Shown here: positions 35,234 through 41,035 of the stretch, piece after piece
How positions within the stretch are numbered: the stretch's first letter is position 1
Layout of the letters: every line of letters begins with the position of its first letter
DNA from: Octopus bimaculoides
Taxonomy: Eukaryota
Assembly: GCF_001194135.2 (NCBI RefSeq)
Contig: NC_068988.1
Location: forward strand, 69,444,316-69,485,350
Direction: 5' to 3'
DNA: 41,035 nucleotides
Notes under the pieces: model-generated
The model's input: only the letters and a program-made list of their open reading frames with translations
Told to the model about the DNA's origin: nothing
Databases searched by the model: none
Made by a program: the position numbers and the translations under genes

Positions 35234-35629
35234 TAACTGGGTGGGGCAACAATGTAATAGTAGTAGTTAGGGAAACAATATAATACAATGTAATAAAACA
35301 AGTTAAAAATTTAGCAGTCAAAACAAACACTCATGAAGAGATATGACACAAACGCAAGAATTTTAACATTTTTTCATTCTGATGAGCTTCTTTCTGCAAG
35401 TGAGATCCCAGAATCTGCCATTACTCATCTTTGATATTAGCTATAGTGTGAAGGATCCACTTTGGCCCAAGTTTTCCTTTAGCAATCTATCAGCTGTTAA
35501 ATGAACACTGGTATCTTATTTCTCTTTTTAGCTCACACAACTTGCAAAACTTGAAGTATTGTTGTTGGCAGTTCTTCTTTTGAGCTTCTCAAATCATAAA
35601 TTTTATTTTTCCCTATTCACTGAGTTTAA

Positions 35630-35975
35630 AAGGTGCAACACACCTGATCTTGGCAAGCCATCCTATACCAGTGAGACTGAAGCTATAAATGTTCATTTTG
35701 AACATTTGTAAGTCAACACCTGGGGAAAAGGCATAAGCAAAAAGTGAATTCTTGAATTTTGATGTTCTGATAAGGTAGAACTGAATAGTGTAATTGGTTT
35801 AGGGGTCTGAAGTGTTGGACCCAAGATAAGTGATGAAACAAAGAGTCTCGAAAAGACAGGAATGCCCGAGTAGATATAGCATGAGCCCAGCCAGTTCCAA
35901 AGAGCTGAGACCATTACAGTGGCAGCAGAAATAACAGAGAGAAGAGACACCACCCTGATGAGCCAAAGGCTTGAG
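35630..35975 (-). mobile_element. CR1/L2-like LINE 3' fragment
   Basis: LAHQGGVSSLCYFCCHCNGLSSLELAGLM..(frameshift)..IRTSKFKNSL.AYAFSPGVDLQMFKMNI; same clade as the 15310 fragment. Confidence 0.65.
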
Positions 35976-36597
35976 TATTTATAGTTGTGTATATTTGTTT
36001 AATTATCAATTTTCCTGCTTTTCTTTTCTATTTGTTTAACCTTTTAGCATTTAGAATATTCTGTCAAATGCAATACTTATTTACTCACATTGTTTTACAT
36101 AAGTCTTGCATTCTTTTGTCATTTTGAGATTTTGATGATATAACTGTTTATTTTTAAAATTACATTGTTGGGTTGGTGTGTGAGGCCAGATCTGGCTGGT
36201 TTGAATGTAAAATAGCAAGAATACTTTGACTGGATATAGCCAGTTTAAATGCAAAAGGGTTAAATTATCACTGTAAAATTTAGACAAGCATATTCATTGC
36301 TAATATTATTGTAGCTAGCTCTTCCCACTACTGAAGGAGCAAATATATTAAACAACCAACAAATAAAGGCAAAATGGAAATTTTTTAAAGGTTTTATATA
36401 TATATATGTATATATATTCACAAACTTATTCAACGAAATATCTATGAATGTTCCTTCTTTTTCCAAAATGCATTAGTGGTGTAAAAAACAAAACTAACAA
36501 AAACCAATTTCCTTCAAGTAGTTTTGGAAGAAATCATCATCTCAGAAGAGCTTTGTAGAATATATTTACCCACAACAAAATGATTGGTTTTAGAAAT

Positions 36598-36604
36598 TAA
36601 TAAC

Positions 36605-36649
<45 letters not shown>

Positions 36650-36805
36650 CCTTTCTATTAAAGGCACAAGGTCTGAAATTTTGTGGGAGGGGGAAAGTCG
36701 ATCACATCAACACCAGTACTGAGTAGAATTGGAACTTCGAATGTAAAGATGGATGAAATACTACTAATAGTAAAAATAATAATAATAATAATAATAACAA
36801 TAATG

Positions 36806-36859
<54 letters not shown>

Positions 36860-36860
36860 T
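36598..36860 (-). mobile_element. SINE family A remnant (about 36645-36765) embedded in (AAT)n
   Basis: Tail CCTTTCTATTAAAGGCACAAGGTCTGAAATTTTG, flanked on both sides by (AAT)n. Confidence 0.7.
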
Positions 36861-37051
36861 CAAATTACGACAAACATAAATAAACAAACAAAGTTTGCTT
36901 TTAGAAGCGTTGAGATGCCTTTTAGAAAGTTAAAGAAGTTTTTTTTAAATTCTCAATTGCAGAATACATTATTCTGCGATTGAGAATTTAAAATCACTTC
37001 TTTAACTTTATAATAATAATAATAATAATAACAATTACAACAGTAATAACA

Positions 37052-37259
37052 ATAATCCTTTCTACTAAAGGTAGAAAACCTAAAATTTTGGTGGGAGAGG
37101 GTGGTAGTTGATTACAGCAACCCCAGTACTCAACTGATACTTATTTATCAACCCCAAAAGGACAGAGGGTAAAGTTGACCTCAGCAGCATTTGACCTCTG
37201 AACATAAAGACGGACAAAATACTTAGCAGTATGCTAATGATTCTGCCAGCTTGCTGCCT

Positions 37260-37262
<3 letters not shown>
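37052..37262 (-). mobile_element. SINE family A
   Basis: Complete head-to-tail match to family A, with microsatellite flanks. Confidence 0.85.
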
Positions 37263-37291
<29 letters not shown>

Positions 37292-37307
37292 TCATTATTA
37301 TTATTAA

Positions 37308-37342
<35 letters not shown>

Positions 37343-37344
<2 letters not shown>

Positions 37345-37535
37345 GAGTGAGAGAGCAGTGCATGCCCTCAAAGTGACGCTGGGGTACAATTATATGAAGA
37401 CCAATATACCCATCATAACTACCCGTCTGATAAAGGTACACCAAACACATGCATCACAACCACATGTGCACAACATGGTGATCTTATATCAAGATAAATA
37501 GTGCATGACCTTGCAGGTGGGACCCAGTTAGAATC
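37343..37535 (-). repeat. Interspersed repeat (probable retroelement 3' end), inverted partner of 39285-39475
   Basis: TTGAGTGAGAGAGCAGTGCATGCC..CCCAGTTAGAAT is the reverse complement of 39285-39475. Confidence 0.8.
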
Positions 37536-37582
<47 letters not shown>

Positions 37583-37600
37583 CATCATCATCATCATCAT

Positions 37601-37818
37601 CAAGGCAGTGAGCTGGCAGATCATTGGCATGTCAGACAAAATGCTTACCATCATATATTTTGTCTTTACGTTCTGGGTTCAAATTCTATCAAGGTCAACT
37701 TTGCCTTTCATTTTTTGGGGATTGATAAATTAAGTATCTGTCAAATACTGGAGTCAAAATGATAAACTATCCCCCTCCCCATAAATTCCAGAGCTTTTGC
37801 CTATAGTAGAAAAGATTA
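37601..37818 (+). mobile_element. SINE family A
   Basis: AAGGCAGTGAGCTGGCAGA..GGGTTCAAATTC..CCTATAGTAGAAAAGATT. Confidence 0.85.
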
Positions 37819-37831
37819 TGATAATAATAGC

Positions 37832-38052
37832 AATAATCTTTTCTATTAAAGGCACAAACCCTGAAATTTGGTGGGAGGGGGACTAATCGAATACATCAAC
37901 TCCAGTGTTTCACTGATAATTAATTTATCGACCCCCAAAAGGAAGAAACGTAAAGTTAACCTTGGTAGAATTTGCACTGAGAATGGGAGGACGGATGAAA
38001 TGCCACTAAGCACTTTGCTCGGCGTGATAACGCTTCTGCCAGCTTGCCACCT

Positions 38053-38055
<3 letters not shown>
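37832..38055 (-). mobile_element. SINE family A, tail-to-tail with the preceding copy
   Basis: Reverse complement of the family A consensus. Confidence 0.85.
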
Positions 38056-38090
<35 letters not shown>

Positions 38091-38091
38091 T

Positions 38092-38230
38092 AATTCGTTT
38101 TATTGGCCACAAGGGCTAATATCAATTAAAAACATATAAGGACAAAGACAGGACGAAGGTTGCAAAAGGTTTTGTCCGAAAAAGTAGGAAAGTTCGTCTA
38201 AACAGAGGAAGAAAACGGAGAATGATATAA
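38092..38230 (-). mobile_element. Probable L1/Tx1-like 3' end
   Basis: The minus strand ends ..TTAGCCCTTGTGGCCAATAAAACGAA-(ATT)n, similar to the 3' end at 8945-8985. Confidence 0.5.
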
Positions 38231-39199
38231 TAAATAAATAGATAAATAAATAGATAAATAAATAAGTAGANNNNNNNNNNNNNNNNNNNNNNNNNNNNNN
38301 NNNNNNNNNNNNNNNNNNNNNNNNNNNNNNNNNNNNNNNNNNNNNNNNNNNNNNNNNNNNNNNNNNNNNNNNNNNNNNNNNNNNNNNNNNNNNNNNNNNN
38401 NNNNNNNNNNNNNNNNNNNNNNNNNNNNNNNNNNNNNNNNNNNNNNNNNNNNNNNNNNNNNNNNNNNNNNNNNNNNNNNNNNNNNNNNNNNNNNNNNNNN
38501 NNNNNNNNNNNNNNNNNNNNNNNNNNNNNNNNNNNNNNNNNNNNNNNNNNNNNNNNNNNNNNNNNNNNNNNNNNNNNNNNNNNNNNNNNNNNNNNNNNNN
38601 NNNNNNNNNNNNNNNNNNNNNNNNNNNNNNNNNNNNNNNNNNNNNNNNNNNNNNNNNNNNNNNNNNNNNNNNNNNNNNNNNNNNNNNNNNNNNNNNNNNN
38701 NNNNNNNNNNNNNNNNNNNNNNNNNNNNNNNNNNNNNNNNNNNNNNNNNNNNNNNNNNNNNNNNNNNNNNNNNNNNNNNNNNNNNNNNNNNNNNNNNNNN
38801 NNNNNNNNNNNNNNNNNNNNNNNNNNNNNNNNNNNNNNNNNNNNNNNNNNNNNNNNNNNNNNNNNNNNNNNNNNNNNNNNNNNNNNNNNNNNNNNNNNNN
38901 NNNNNNNNNNNNNNNNNNNNNNNNNNNNNNNNNNNNNNNNNNNNNNNNNNNNNNNNNNNNNNNNNNNNNNNNNNNNNNNNNNNNNNNNNNNNNNNNNNNN
39001 NNNNNNNNNNNNNNNNNNNNNNNNNNNNNNNNNNNNNNNNNNNNNNNNNNNNNNNNNNNNNNNNNNNNNNNNNNNNNNNNNNNNNNNNNNNNNNNNNNNN
39101 NNNNNNNNNNNNNNNNNNNNNNNNNNNNNNNNNNNNNNNNNNNNNNNNNNNNNNNNNNNNNNNGTAGAACGCTAGAGTGGAGCTACTACCGATCGCACT

Positions 39200-39475
39200 G
39201 CCCGCCTGACTGAGGGCGGTGAGAGCTTGGCGGCACTCGAGGTAGGGACCTTTTGAGCGGGATGGGCTACTCGACCTGAAGAAAATTCTAACTGGGCCCC
39301 ACCTACGAGGTCATGCGTTGTTTATCTTGATATGAGATCACCATGTCGCGCACATATGGTTGAGATGCATGTGCCTGGTGTACCCTTATCAGACGGGTAG
39401 TCATGATGGGTATAACGGGCTTCGTATATTTTACCCTAGTGTCACTTTGATGGCATGCACTGCTCTCTCACTCAA
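39200..39475 (+). repeat. Interspersed repeat (same family as 37343-37535), GC-richer upstream part
   Basis: Reverse-complement match to 37343-37535. Confidence 0.75.
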
Positions 39476-39479
39476 TAGT

Positions 39480-39618
39480 TTCAAATTTTGCCATAAGAGC
39501 AGCAATTTTGGGAGAGGAGATGGGTCGATTACATCAACCCTAGTGTTCAACTTGTACTTAAGTCAGAATATAACGACAGGTGAAATACTGCTAAGCATTT
39601 CGTCTAGCTCACCACCTT
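39480..39618 (-). mobile_element. SINE family A, deleted remnant
   Basis: TTTCAAATTTTGCCATAAG..GGTCGATTACATCAACCC tail as at 33230-33290, plus head remnant CTAGCTCACCACCTT. Confidence 0.6.
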
Positions 39619-40236
39619 AAATGATAATAATAGTAATAACAGCAATAATAAATAATAAGAACAATAATAATTACTGCTAATGATTGGGAAATTAGTGTCA
39701 GACTGAATGGTGATTTGATAGCAAATCCCAGATGCGAAATTTTATTACTTAGACTATGTGCAGCATCTCTATGTTTTAAGCTAATGATACAATGGAAGTT
39801 TGGATTTTTAACAAAAAAGACCCATAAATAAATATACTCCCCAATAAATAAACTGTAACAGACAAAAATGCAGACAATAGACAAAGAAATATCTAAGACT
39901 CTTCTAAAGTAAATTAAATCAATTGAAAATTTTGCACAAGAATTTACATAAAAAATACGTTTTTGATTTATAATTTTGGTTTGTTTTCCATTGTTTGGTA
40001 GCAGTGGTTGCTTTCCAGTTCAATTTGTCAAGGAAGTAAAACTGAAATGTGTGTGTGTATGATTGTGCATATATGTGATATACGTGTATGTGCATGTGTG
40101 TGTGTGTTTATGTGTGTGTTGTGTATGTATGTGTGTATATAAATTTAGCCAGATAGACAGACATACACATGCCTGTATAATTATGTGTATGTATATGTGT
40201 GTGTATATGTATATATGCATATACTCATATATTGTT

Positions 40237-40289
<53 letters not shown>

Positions 40290-40781
40290 GTAACTATTTT
40301 CACACTGTGAATATGTTTCATTTATGTATTGCTTTTGTATCTATCTATCTCTATATGTATATATCTACACACACACACACATGTGAGTGTGTGAAAAGGA
40401 ATGAAATGAAAATAATAACAGTGGATTAAGTAAATCATTATTTTTGTTGTTACTGTTGCTGTTGTCATAAAAAACTATCAGAAAATTTATTTCCATTTTG
40501 ACAACAGGAAAAAACATTAAAAAAAAGTAAGTATTTTTTTAAAATTGCAAAATTGAAAATAAAAGTGTTTCAATTTTTCAATATTATTAATAAAATTTCA
40601 AGATAAAAACATTTACTGTCTTTCTCAAGAATTATTGTCTATGTTTATTACATCAAATATGTTATATATATTTCCACACTATTTTCAGAGAAATCTAGTG
40701 CTATGCAATGCAGAAATGTGCCATATATTCCTGAGTTTCAAAGCCAGTGTAATCTCCACTTCAGATTAGAGTATCATTCAC

Positions 40782-40841
40782 CTGCCTTGGTATTTGAATG
40801 AACCCTCTGATGAAGTCCCTGACATCACGAAAGTTTCAATC
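40782..40841 (-). CDS. Candidate 60-bp exon of an unidentified gene
   Basis: Acceptor tagttttAG and donor cag|GTgaat. Only one frame is open (phase 2-2): IETFVMSGTSSEGSFKYQG. Confidence 0.4.
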
Positions 40842-40862
40842 CTAAAACTAAATCAGTGTATG

Positions 40863-41012
40863 TGCAGGTGCTGTATTAAGTACTTGCTTCCCAACCACAT
40901 GATTCTTGGTTCAGTCTCACTGCATTGCACTTTCCTTGTACTACCGATTTGGGCCAACCAAAGATTTTTTGTGAGTGGATTTAGCAGAAGTAAACTGAAA
41001 GAAACCCATCAT
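40863..41012 (+). mobile_element. SINE family B head and body
   Basis: GCAGGTGCTGTATTAAGTACTTGCTTCCCAACCACATG..GGTTCAGTCTC..AACTGAAAGAAACCC followed by (TA)n; homologous to 10138-10295. Confidence 0.8.
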
Positions 41013-41035
41013 ATATATATATATATATATATATA

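Noticed and set aside
35379-35415. CTGATGA-GCTT..AAGT-GAGAT, possible decayed hammerhead
   Set aside because: The GAAA core and stems I and III are not supported, so it is too degenerate to call.
35955-35975. CTGATGAGCC-AAA-GGC, hammerhead-like
   Set aside because: No GAAA follows, and it is the antisense of the LAHQ codons in the CR1/L2-like fragment.
40807-40840. CTGATGA..GAAA spacing resembling a hammerhead
   Set aside because: Stem II does not close onto GAAA and stem III/NUH is not convincing. A minus-strand exon candidate explains it better.
1-41035. CRISPR array, rRNA, operons or prokaryotic systems
   Set aside because: No regularly spaced repeat-spacer array or prokaryotic gene organisation. 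The sequence is clearly repeat-rich eukaryotic DNA.

Overview
AT-rich, microsatellite-dense eukaryotic (metazoan) DNA from a gapped scaffold with 8 N-runs. The repeat content (tRNA-head SINE families, RTE-type LINEs, many mariner relics, abundant (CA)n/(TA)n/(AAT)n) looks like a cephalopod, probably Octopus; this is inference from recall, not a database result. There is no intact long gene, CRISPR array, rRNA or true tRNA. The window is mostly a transposon graveyard: a Helitron relic with both ends, a full-length Tc1 element with DD36E spacing (Incomer-like), several mariner relics (one a 5'-5' fold-back), an internally deleted L1/Tx1-like LINE, RTE and CR1/L2-like LINE pieces, a Chapaev-like transposase split by a SINE, and a Penelope-like GIY-YIG fragment with inverted ends. 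The most notable signal is a small non-coding family carrying minimal type I hammerhead ribozymes: a palindromic two-ribozyme element at about 4.0-4.6 kb and a related copy at 24.4-24.7 kb. A few short, splice-site-bounded open exons suggest the window may be intronic in an unidentified minus-strand gene (low confidence). Boundaries of decayed elements are approximate.
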